This document shows, one piece after another, positions 1 through 12,800 of a stretch of DNA of 64,000 bases; position 1 is the first letter of the stretch, and each line of letters opens with the position of its first letter. Position numbers and translations under genes: made by a program. Source of the stretch: Phoronis australis (Eukaryota; Animalia; Phoronida); contig NMRA01000110.1 of NCBI GenBank assembly GCA_002633005.1, positions 209,850 to 273,849 of the forward strand. Direction: 5' to 3'. The notes under the pieces are model-generated. The model saw nothing but the letters and a program-made list of their open reading frames with translations. It did no database searches and was not told the origin of the DNA.

Positions 1-147
<147 letters not shown>

Positions 148-159
148 ATGCTATTCACA

Positions 160-360
160 CCTTTATAGGCCAAGGATTTCGGGATACCTTTCAAACAATC
201 TTCAGGAAATGACCATATTAAAATGAACTTTTCCCGAAACTGGGTCAAAAAACGACCTTGGAGCCAGAACACGGATATAGGTTCGAGTTAAGCGGCACGT
301 CTCAAATGAATCATAGCGGAGCTGACCAGCAACTAACATTAGTTCGTCGAATTGCGCTTG
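160..360 (+). repeat. Interspersed repeat fragment, second diverged copy at ~43690-43890
   Basis: Shared blocks aaaatgaacttttcccgaaact and gtctcaa(a/g)tgaatcatagc(g/t)gagctgaccagc(a/g)acta at both loci, same orientation. Confidence 0.75.
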
Positions 361-710
361 TATGGATCAGACTTCCCGGCGACGCCACGACATTGGTCAC
401 CGTGGTGGGAGCAGCTAATACCTTGACAAAATAACACCTGCTTCTAAATCTGGATTTAAGCAAAATGACGAAGTCAACGCATACACACATGCAAGCGTAT
501 CCAAATACAATTAAATGTATTTTCATGTGAAACCATTCAATGTTCTAATTTTCTTAGATCTACCCAATCAGGTGTAATTTTGTCGTTGGTTTATAATTTA
601 CATTTTAGGTTGCCAGATCCCCCTTTTGTCACACAACACCATTACTTATGACTTAAAATGATTATAGATAGGTGGAATTTTTTGTAATGCGGTCACCTGT
701 TGTTCTGTAG

Positions 711-837
711 GTAGATACCAACAGTGATGTGATTATTATGGAGCTGTGTGCTGGAAGTGTCTATCATATGTTGGAGGAGCCAGAGAACAGTTATGGAGTG
801 AGTGAGGAGGTGTTTGTACAAATTATGAAGGATGTTG
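711..837 (+). CDS. TBK1: TBK1-like exon, kinase hinge region ([42 protein letters not shown])
   Basis: ttctgtag acceptor, gtgagt donor; resembles TBK1 [25 protein letters not shown]. Confidence 0.93.
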
Positions 838-3800
838 GTGAGTTACTATGTTCTGATGTATTTTAAAATATTTATTTAAAGTTACATTTCACCCTATTTA
901 GGGGATTGTTATGCACCCACATATTTATATGCCGTCCGTCCGGCTGTCCGACCGGCGTCCGGCATCCGCTGCTCTATCTCTAAATTGCCTCTACGTATCT
1001 TCATGAAATTTTGCACATGTTCCTACCATGGATGGGACGGCATGAGCGAACTTTCGGTGTGTCCCCAATAGTGGCAATTTTAGTTTTTTACGTTTAACTC
1101 TGTATCTTCAAAAGTCCTGATCGGATTTTCATAAAATTTGGTCTAGGCACCTATTAGTGAGATGACGCTGTCCTCCTGTTTTCGGATGGATTCAATGTAG
1201 TTTGCACCACCTAGTGGCCATTTTTACTGTTTTCGAGTATGTTTTGTTGTATCCGACCCCTCTATCAACCAAACCACTCGAAGGATGATTGTGGAAATTG
1301 GCACGTATGTTCTGACTACAAAGTGGACGGCTGATGATGATTTTCCGACGATTTCGACTACTGTGGCACCTCCTAGTGGCAGTTTTGTTTTTTTGTGCCT
1401 ATGGCTATATCTTCTAAACCGTTTGAAGGATCTTTACTAAATTTAGTAAGTGTATTTATATGATGTTGACAACAAACGACGACATTCGAATGAATCTGAC
1501 TACTGGTGTGCCACCTAGTGGCAATTTCATCTTTTTATGTTTACCTCTGTATGTTCAAAGGTCCTCAACATATTTTCATAAAATTTGGCATAGGGGCATC
1601 TGTCAATGAGGTGATGCTATCTCTCTGTTTTCAGATAGATTCGACCTAGTTTGCACCACCTAGTGGCCACTTTTATTGTTTTCGAGTATGGTTTTTGGCA
1701 TACACTCGTCTATCAACCAAACCGCTTTAAGGATAATTGTGAAAATTGGCATGTATGTTTCTACTATGAAGTGGATGGCTGACGATGATTTTCCGACGAG
1801 TTCGACTACTGTGGCACCTCCTAGTGGCAGTTTTGTTTTTTTGCGTTCATTGCTTTATCTCCTAAACCGTATCCAGGATCTTAACTTAATTTAGTAAGTG
1901 TATTTATATGATGTTGACAACGGACGACGACGACTTTCGGACAGATCTAGCTTTTGGTGTGCCCCCTAGTGGCAATTTTGTTTTTTTGTGTTTACCAGTC
2001 TGTATCTTCAAAGATCCTAAACAGATTTTCATAAAATTTTGAATATAGGCATCTATTGGTGAGATGATGCTATCATCCTGTTTTTGGATGGAATTGGGGT
2101 ATTTTGCGCCACCTGGTGGCCATTTTTGATGTTTTCAAATCTTGTTTTTGGCGTCCACCCCTCAATCAACCAAATCATTCTGGTGATGGTTTTGAAAATT
2201 GGCCTATATGTTTTCAGTGTGAAGAGGACGTTTGATGATGGCCACTCACACTACTGTGGCACCTCCTAGTGGTAGTTTTGTTTTGTTTTTCGCCCATAAT
2301 TATATCTCCAAAACCCACTGCAGGATCTTTATTAAATTTAGTAAGTGAATTTATGTGAAGGTAACAGACAATGACTGTCAAGCAGATCAAACGGACGCTG
2401 TGCCCACAAGTGGCAATTTCATTTTGTTCTGTTTCCCTTCGTTTCTCTGAAGTTCCTTGACAGATTTTATGAAATATGGCATGATCCCGTTTTTGGATGG
2501 AGTATATGTTTTTGCGCCATCTAGTGGCCATTTTTTGATACAAATAAATAACCCTAAAAGCACACCATTTGCGATGCATTCGTGGGCATATTTTAACGCT
2601 CCGCGTTGCTCTTGTAAAACAAAAATCCAACTAGGCCTTTTATTGTGATAAAATCAGCCTCGTAATATTCCCCACCATGATGGGATCCTGTTCCATATGA
2701 TAATATTGCTCACCATGATGGGGTACTTATCCTTCAAGGACAAGAACATTGGAAGCACCAATGACTCTAGAAAACACTTCATGATTTACTACAAATTGTC
2801 AACCATAAAAACAACAAATTTCAAAAATGGATCATATACATATTGCTTAGGACTTGAGTTGAGAACGAACGTGGAAACCTATCATGGTGAGAATTGTAAG
2901 GAATGTGATTTTGTGAAGGGTTTCCATGAAATGTGGTTAGTGGTTTTTATAAACATAACTCAATTGGTATTTGGGTAATTTTTGGACAAATTCGGTTACT
3001 GTTGTGCAACTGAGTCTTATTTTTATATTATCTGCATCTTTATAAATTGTGACTGATCTGTTTGTATCAAGGAGGGATAACACCTGATAATTTTCAGACA
3101 GCTCTGTCGCTCGTCCTTAAATGTCACGTTTTTTACCACATTTTACGGAGACACAAACAACGTGGTTTCTTTCTTAGACTGTATTTTCAGGAACTACTAC
3201 CTACGGTGACATCTATTGGGCAATATTAAACATTAACAAGCCTTCGACGAACTTAATAGTAGATATTGAGGCTGATGTGAAGGGTGAAACTGCCACTAGG
3301 AGGCATGGCAGTATTCAGATTTTTCCGGTAATACAGATAGCCATGCTTTCATAAATAATGTCCCTGAAGTTTAATGGTCATCCTTCAAATCATTTTCTAG
3401 ATGGAATAGGCAGCCCCTGTTGCCTTGATTTTGGAGCCGAATATCGCATTCTCCTATGAGAAATACATAAAAATCACACGCAGTGCTCCCCATACCTAGG
3501 CTTGTCTATTCACTGATACACAGGATGTAGTAAACAATTTTCTTAGACAAGACCATAAACGTTTTGTTAAACTTTGTTTTACCAGCCCAGGCCAAGCCAG
3601 GGTATTAAGTATGTAATACTAAACAGGATTCACAAAGAACTGCTTACACTGACCTCGCATATTAGTTTCAAAACTGAAGCTTGTTGTATGTGAAGGACAC
3701 TCGTGATTTACAAATATCAGCAGAATTCTGCGCCACTATTGCCCTAGTGATCCCCTCCAAGCTCAAAATAGTCAGTGTCACCTCCTGCAGACTAGTTATT

Positions 3801-6800
3801 ACTTTCTTGAAGAAGCCTCAAGTTTAGTGGAAGAACCGATGGGTAATAAGGCTGCAGATTGATATGCACAATTATTAGTTGTCAGATGACATCTTCTACA
3901 TATATCATTTCTCAAAGCAACAACCTTTTGCTGAAGGACGTCATAGTTTTTTGGTCAAACTCTAGGAGTAGTTACATTGCTGCAAGTTCCTACCAGACTC
4001 TTATGATAAAATTCGCAAGTGTGTCTGTTTGTCTGTTTCAGCCAATGGGATGAAGTACCTGAATGAAAGGCGTGTTGTCCACCGTGACATCAAGCCAGGG
4101 AACATACTGAAAGTGGTGAAAGATGATGGGGATGTGGTGTTTAAACTCAGTGATTTTGGCGCCTCTCGTCAGATGAAGGAAGATGAGGAGAGGTTCTACT
4201 CCCTCCATGGCACTGAAGAGTACCTGGTAACTCATTCACACCTACCATCATCACTGAAGAGTATCTGGTAACTCATTCACAACTACCATCATCACTGAAG
4301 AGTATCTGGTAACTTATTCACATCTACCATCATCACTGAAGAGTATCTGGTAACTCATTCACACCTACCATCATCACTGAAGAGTATGTGGTAACTCATT
4401 CACACTTACCATCATTATCTTTTTTGGTTTGCACACGAACACAATCAGCAACAAAAAGGTTTTGTTGGAACTCTTTTGCCAATAATTGGTGAAAGTTTAG
4501 AAAATACATGTTTGACTTACTTTCACATGTTTTGGTGTTATCGTTTTGGATATCTATGTGGAACAAATTTCAATGCTTTACAAAGTTTTGTAAACTTCCA
4601 TATGTTTTGGACATTATCTTGTGCTTATACTTTGGATGTTTATCTTTCCATTGATTAGAACTGAGAAAGTTGTTTTTGGGAGAGATGACCATAGGTATGT
4701 GATGCTTTTTCTCTTTGACCTGTTGTTGTAGCCTGGGGTTTCTCCCATGGAGGAGATTAGTAGGGATAAGGTATCTCTCTCGGGTTGAACATTAAACCCC
4801 TTGATCAGATGCCTCGTGTGAACATTGTGGAGTGTGGTGTTATAAGTATTGTCTTGGATGGTTACTGGGGCGAGGAAAAAGTCTAATTGTCTTGGGTAGT
4901 GTCTTCCATCGTTTGATATTATCCCAGGTGGCCATTTTGCAGCACCCATGCAGGCCTAGATGTTGCACCATTATGTGAAAGACACATGTTGTATCAACAT
5001 TCCAATATCTGTTATGTGCATTTGTAGGACCCAGCTATTTACCAACGTGCTGTATTGAGAAATGGAATTTCCAAAGGCTTCAATGCCTCCATTGACCTAT
5101 GGTCTCTAGGTAAGATACACACTCATTATACTCCACACTTATACATAACTGCCAACTGTTAGTTAACAATTGATCGGATACAAAAAACTGAATACTTTTA
5201 GTTGCATATCAATGGATAATGAAGTAATGTGCCTACACCACATATTACTAAAGGCCCCTCACCCATACAGTCAACTCCACGACTATGAGGCTTTGATATG
5301 TTTACAGAGGTTAACCTTGAAGTAAAAGTGTTAATTGCTGTTCCTATCAGCTTCAGAGTTACATTCATGCAACTAATTCTGTGGAGTTTTCAAAAGATGG
5401 CTCAGTTAGTAAGCTGATCTGAAGAAAGGCAATATGGCGTACTTTGGTTATGTAATGAATCTAGCAAATACACAGGTAAATTGAAACAGAATACTTATAC
5501 TGCCAAAATGATAATAATTGAAACAAAATATAAACAAATATTAACCTGGTCAGTGCCCACTATTGGCAAGAGGTAGTGATCCCTGCCAATAGGTGGTATC
5601 AAAGTCTGCATTCCCATTGTAGTGAAGTGTGGTTCTCTACAATGTTTCATTATTAATTCACCTGTTTACTTTGGGATAAAGTTTTTAACTAATTTGGTCC
5701 TATACCGAAGTTTGAGTCATAATTTCCTGTTGACTGAAAGTTCGATAACACCGAAGGTTCGCAAAGACTTTTAAGAGTTGGTTGTCTTTGATGATTTTGG
5801 AGCTTAAGAGTTTGGTCCCTATTTTTGCTGTTATGATAATTGTTTCTGGTCATATGTTGCAAGTGTTGCATTGTATCAGGTTGTTCCTGGAACGTGTAGC
5901 TATGATTATTGTCTCTGATCATTACAGGTGTTACATTGTATCAGGTTATCACTGGAACATTGCCCTTTAGGCCTCTCAATGGAAGAAATGGCAGTAAAGA
6001 GACAATGTGAGTATAAATAGTTAAATTACACATTGAATAATCCTTTCCAATTTAAGAACTAACTAAATGAACTTTGTTTACTTGTTATAAGTTCCATATT
6101 CCTGCTTTCTTGCTCAAACTGATGGGTTTGATCCACATTATCCAACAGGACATCTACATTGTATGTCAATCACCCACCATCTGCCATCTGTTCTAGTCCT
6201 GTCATGTGCCTATTGGTGGTCTATAAGTCACAGCCAAGCCCTCATCTTTTTTACTACATTTTTTTATTTCCCATTCACTAAGGATTAGCCAATCAAAGGC
6301 CTGTCATCTGCCATCTCTTCTGTGCCACCAGGCTTTGCCAGATGGATCTGTTGTCAGTGCTCTGTTTTATGGGCAGCCATTTCTGCAAAAATATCATATT
6401 GTATATTCAATTCCATTTAATGAACTTGATGCGACAATTCAATCCTATCTTGTGTATTCAATGCTATTACATGAATTCAATCCACATGCGTTGATTCAAT
6501 ATCATCGTGAACTCAATGCTGCTTTGTATATTCTATCCTGTTTACTGAATTCAATGCTTTTAAATCAATCCTGTATCGTGTCGTGTCGTGAATTCAATCC
6601 CGTTTCATGAATTCAATCCAGTTTCGTTGATTCTGTTTCGTCAATCCTGGCGGCCTTGTGACACAACTAATATATTGCATGAGCACATGCGCATGAGAGA
6701 TAACCTTCAGCTGGAGATGTCGACGACAAGACTTAGAAGTAGAAACTTTTAGAAAATATCTTCAAAGAACGCAACAGTTCGCTGTCGGTTTCCTGTATAG

Positions 6801-9800
6801 GTTGCAGCATTTGCGGCGAAGAGTGTTGGATGTTTCAGGTATAGATGTGGTTTTGCCCTGTCATGCGCAAACAGTGCATTTGTGAGTAGGCGGAGGCTGA
6901 CACATGTACTTTTAGCGAAGACATCCCGAAGTAAATTGCTTCCTATAACAGAAACTTCCCATCTGATTTATGACATTTCTTGCCTGCGATCTACTAGTCC
7001 GTGTTTTTAAACTGGCGTGATAAAACTATAACACGAACAATATCACAAGTGGAACTGGAAACACACAAGTACTTATCCTGTTGCTAGGTGCACATGCAGT
7101 GCCTGAAACAATGACGGAGTCACTCGTGGGTTTTGCATCAGTTTTCATTACTTGAGATGTATGTGGGGAGCAGAAGGTACAGCTTTTTCAGACACTCGTC
7201 AACAACACCCGAATATTTACAAAAATATTCAGATATTCCTCAAATGTATAACAAAACTGATTTTTTTTCTAAGTGGATGTAAAGATCTCGACCCGAGTGA
7301 AAATAAGATTTTATTCGAAATAGTATCAAAATTTCTTTTTAATATTAAATCTCTTTGTGTGAGTCGATAAAATTGTATAACTTATTGTGTATGAAAATGA
7401 TTTATTTACATTCGTAATCATATGTCATTGTAATATTAACATCTGATTTATAATTTATGTATTTGCGAATAATAATTGTCTACAGATTTCTTTGCAATTT
7501 ATTTAACCCAGATTCAATGCCTCTTGACGCTTTCCGCGTATGCATATTTATTGTGCTGAATGTTTCATTATAAATATTAAATAAAGTTGACACTAAGTTT
7601 TTGGTCATAGTATCCCTCAGAGCCAAATAAAGTAGCCGCTAGAATCCGCTGGGTCGGGGATTGACTGTGTCAGGCTGGTTGTTGACATTTTGCAGCTGGT
7701 CAGCTGCGTTGGACCTTGACAGCAGTACTCTCTGTGACATTGTCAGAAACAACTCTTGCTTTGCTTTTGGTGAGTGTCACAGCAGACGTTGGGTGAGGGG
7801 CAGACAACTGGGAAACTCAAACGCATGCGCACATGCGACATATATCGCTAGGATTGATGAAACATAATTGACAAAATAGGATTGAATTCACTACAGGATA
7901 GAATCCACAAAGTTATTTTGGGGCCCATAGGCCACTAAGATTGACGAAACAGAATCGAGGAAACTAAGATTGAATATGAAACGGAACAAACTCACAACAC
8001 GATATCGATGATAGTATGAAACAGAATCGATTTAAAAGCCTTGAATTCACAAAACAGGTTAGGATACAGCATTGAATTCACGGTATTGGACATTGGATTG
8101 GGTAGTGTAGATTGAATTGATGTAATAGCATTGAATTGTTGTGCAGATGGCATTGAGTTTAAAATGGATTGATTATACAAATTGATGTTTTTTGCATAAA
8201 AGGCCACCCATAGGTCTGGCAACAACTGACCTGGTCAGTTAATGTTGTGACTGGTGTTTGAGTGGCTGGCTATCTGTAATATTCTCATCAGGTTCAAACT
8301 GACGGCTGAGAAAGGTAGTGGTGTTATTGCTGGACAAGAAGTTGAAAAGGGTCGTATCACATGGTCCCGAGAACTGCCAGACACATGCCAACTGTCAGTG
8401 TGAGTGAGCTAGGGCTTTCTACTGTTTTGAGTTTATATTATTGTTCTTGTGGTTATTCTTAAAAAAACAGGTTTCATCATTGTCTGACAGTAAAGATCAG
8501 GGTATATTTGGAAACGATAACCTTTGCCCTATTGAAAAGTTAGCCGAAAACTGTGCACAGACATATAATGATGGTAAGAGCAGGCCATGACATGGTCAAC
8601 AAAGACCAGTGTGTATCTGCATGGTGTGGGTAACACTATGTAAATGAGAGTGCTCAGAGGAGCGACACTTGGCGAAAACAGGACGATGGGGAGGAGGAGG
8701 ACGACGACGATCATGACGATGAAGGCGGAGATTATGAACAACACAATAACATTCATGTGACTAGCGAACAAATCAGTAAGAAATACCCTGCACACGGTAA
8801 ACTGGCAACAGTGCGAGAGCGCTCGGAGGAGCGACACTTGGCGAAATTACGCGAAAACAGGACGATGGGGAGGACGACGACGACAACGATCATGACGACT
8901 AGCGAAAAATGAAAAATATCTTATGAAAGCCCGTTTAAAACTCTATCCAACTGTACAGATTTCTGATCGGTTAATATACATGGTAAGAAAATCCCGGCAC
9001 ACAAAACTATAGAAAATGCTCCGTGGCCGCGGCCTGACTGTTCAGTGCTACCTACAGTCTTGAGCGACAATAGGCAAAATTAACGATGATGATGATTGTG
9101 ATGATGAAGGTGGCAATGATGAACAACATCATAACATTCATACGACGAAGTTAAATGTCATAAAATAGTAAGAAGTAAGCTACAGTCTTGCTCAAATAAA
9201 CTAAACCAACATCAATGCAGTATTTAGCGCTCAACAAAGGAACAGCGCTATCAGAAAATCTCAAATAATTCGAAAAGTAGACTTTCTAGCAAGAAATGGA
9301 AAACATCTTCTGAAAGCCCATTCCAAACTCTATCTAAATTCGCAACATTCCATAATTTTTTCGAAAAAATTGAAATTTTGCATTTTTTTTAAATAACTCG
9401 AAAACGGTAAGTCTGAGAAAAACGTTATCGCAGAACTTTTGAAAGAGCATTCTTCAAGGAATCCACATGCAAAAATTCATGTCATTTGCTCTTCCCGTTA
9501 AAAATGCGACACCAGAACAATTGAAAATGGGTGAAAATGTGCCAGAGCCGCCATCTTGAAAGTGACTTCCGGTTAAACAAAATTTTATAAAAGCTGATCA
9601 ATAGCAACAAACACGTGACCAGTTTGAAAGTGATTGGTTCGTCAATGCGCCCTCTACGGGAGAAAACGTTTTTGGCCAGATATCGAGGTGCGCATACGCC
9701 ATTGTCTATATTTCCGCCATCTTTAACTGGAAGTCAACGTTTTTCGGTACAGTTGTAGAACATGTGTTTTATAATAATCGTACCAAGTTTTAGCTCTGTG

Positions 9801-12800
9801 CGTCAAAAAATGCGGCCTCTATGAGCATTTGAATGTGAAATCGGAAACAAAATGGCCGCCACGTCCGCCATTTTGAATCCGATCATGACCTAAAACAATA
9901 GGCTTTCAGGACTTTCCAATCTACACGTCGTGTGCAAATTTCATGAAAATCGGACGAACTTGCGACCTGTAGAGTGCGAACACACAAAAAAAAAAGTTGA
10001 TGTCTGACCAACATACTTGGCGAAATTTATTTGAACTAGTGTATGAACATGTCTGCGAATATTATGGTTTATGTTTGTCTCCTGGTATATCAGTCTCCAT
10101 CAAATGCACCTTTCTAAAATATAGGTCGATCACTGCATGGTCAAAAACAAATTCAGTAGTTTCCAAGAAAAAAATTTGTGGTGATATTTCTTGGAAGCAA
10201 AAATTTTTTGGGAAATTTGCATATGATATGGGTTGAAAAAATTGATGATTATGACTCCCAATGACTAACAATGAGACAAGGGATGGTATCGAGAATGTCC
10301 CTCAGGACCACAACAATGGCCGATGCTTTGTCGTTGTTAGTCAGTGTGTAACAACTCGAACAACTGTAAAAAATTATGAGTACCTGAGAAATGTGTGCAG
10401 CATAATTTTGCAAGTTAATTCACATTTCAATCATTCTAGCAATTTGTGGACAGGAATTATTGACCTGTTATAGTAATGCTTGAGCACGTGTTATAGGTGA
10501 CACTGCAATGAAATATCCCTGATGAAAACATTTGTAGTCAAATGTAAATTGAAGTTAATTGACTTGCATTTGCTGAATGTCGCTGTGAGCATCACTAGTC
10601 CCTAGCATCATGAGAACATGAAAGGAACGTTAATTTTGACTTAATCCCAATCCAAATTTTTGGTAAACAAAATGGGTTGAGTTGAAAAAGATGAAACGGT
10701 TTCTTTCCCGATGCACAGCGATAGTAATTTGGTGGCGTGGTGATCTCAAAGACTTTACATGATGGTGTAAAACACAGTGAAATGCCAAGTCAGTCTTAGT
10801 TCTCCATCAAGTGACAGTTGTGGACTGTTGACGTAACTATCGCCATCTATTGTTAAAGCATTCCATATCCACCCACGTTACTGTTGCCATCTATTGTTAA
10901 ATCATTCAGTACTTGTCAATGTAATTGTCGCCATCTATTGTTAAAGTATTCCATTCTTGTAATGCCTGTGCTTGGCGTACCGTCAATCCAGATTTTCTGG
11001 CTAAATTTAAGTTTGAAGTACCGTTACTTGATAACCACCAACATCCAATAATTGACTGAGATTTCTGGTAAGTGTCTTTGTCTTTTTACACTGAATGCCC
11101 TGCCTGTCTTATGAGAATGTTGCACCCAAACAGTTCACAACTTGCCTACCAGTGACTCAAGAGAACGTTCATTATATTTGGACAGGAAAGCACCCAAACT
11201 CTTGCTAAATACATCCAATAGTTATGTAACTTCCCATACTTTAACCAAAGCAACTGTTTAAGTAGGCGTGCCTACCCTTATTTTTCTGAAATTTTGCTTC
11301 AAATGCCTATACCCACCCACCCTTTAATTTGTGAGTTCCCCTACTTCCCCCTGTTACTCAGATTCCAATCTATTGGAAAATAGCTGTGTTTATCATTGAA
11401 GAATCGGAGTCTCCATATTCACTAAACACTGTTTATGTTTGACATCTGAACACTAAGCTGAAATAAGACAGACACCCTCACTACTGTGGGTATGTTTTTA
11501 ATTGTTATGAAGCACTCAGAGCGCTATTAAGTCAAAGGTATCACGTGAATTTTGAACTTCTCATTGAGTCACAAACCAGGCAAAAAGGGAAGATGTTGAA
11601 CTGCATCAGTTTTGTAATAACATGAGGATTAGAGTGAACGTAGCAGCAGCGTTGTGTTGTGTGATGTGTGTCTGTTCGCCAACGAGGTGGTTGTATTCCG
11701 TAACTAAGTGTAGAACACTCAATTACTGTGCATTGCTGTTTCAGTGGTTTCAAGGGTCTTGTCACTCCAGTCATAGCAGGCCTGCTGGAGAATGAGGCAC
11801 AACAGAAATGGGACTTTGACACATTTTATAAAAAGGCCGAGTCACTGTGGACCATGACTCGTATCTATGTATTCCACATGTTTGAGTGCTCCTCAATCAG
11901 TGTTTATGCTGACAAACAGTTGTCGTAAGTTTGGTATAATGTTCTTTTAAGAATGATATTCATGCTCACATAACGCTGCATATTGACTAAAAACACGAAC
12001 AGTTTGTAACTAAACACAGCTTAACAAAGGGTTTATGGTCTTGGCTGAAAATATACCCCTTAATGGAATCTGAATAGCCAAACCCAGAATGCCAAGCAGT
12101 ATCATTAAGTAATGATCTGATCTAGTAAGATATCTTTTTAACTAAACCTGAAAATCATCTCAGCAATGTGTGCGCCAGGTTTGCAAGACGTCAGTGACTC
12201 CACGCTCTTGCTACCGAAAGTGAGATACCTGGATTCAACCTTTTTTGCATGGTAAAAAAGATTGACATAGTTTTCAAAATGTGGGCTGCTTACGCTCTTG
12301 TGAGCAAAGCTGGACAAGTGAAAAGCTGTAGTCGATCATAACAGAACATGAACACGTAAAAGTGAAATTGCTGAAAATTCAAGGATGTCCATATAGTGTC
12401 TGTTGTTTTGTTATTTTCAATATCTTAACTCAGCTGAAGATTCAGTTCTGCTGCTAAGCATCCATGATTTGAATATTTTTTGTGGGAATAGTCGAACAAA
12501 AAATGACAACTTAGGTTGTGACAATCTCAACATCACATTTCCTACCTTTCAGCATTGCCAAGTTAAATGAATTAATCGCCCAACAGACAGGTGTGCCTGC
12601 CGACGCCCAGTTACTACTGTTCAACAGCAGACCTCTTACTACCTTCGTCAGTGGCATCTGCCCTACTGACAAGTTCCCAAAAACAACCAGTGAAAGGCCA
12701 TATGTTTTGTTCTACAACACCGATTTTGGTGACCCGATGAAACTGAAACCGCTTATAATTCGTAAGTACTCTTGCTTGTGTGGAGATCCAGTTTTACGCA

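Noticed and set aside
10515-10555. CTGATGA followed by a hairpin (also similar motifs at ~13491, ~29329, ~34562, ~50529)
   Set aside because: Missing a correctly placed GAAA or lacking stems I/III; not credible hammerheads.
12175-12247. Three-way-junction-like fold (ccaggt/acctgg, gcaagacgt/acgctcttgc) followed by a T-run; possible ribozyme or ncRNA
   Set aside because: Hammerhead core is not intact on either strand (CTGACGT and CAAAC instead of CTGANGA and GAAAC); no promoter evidence.
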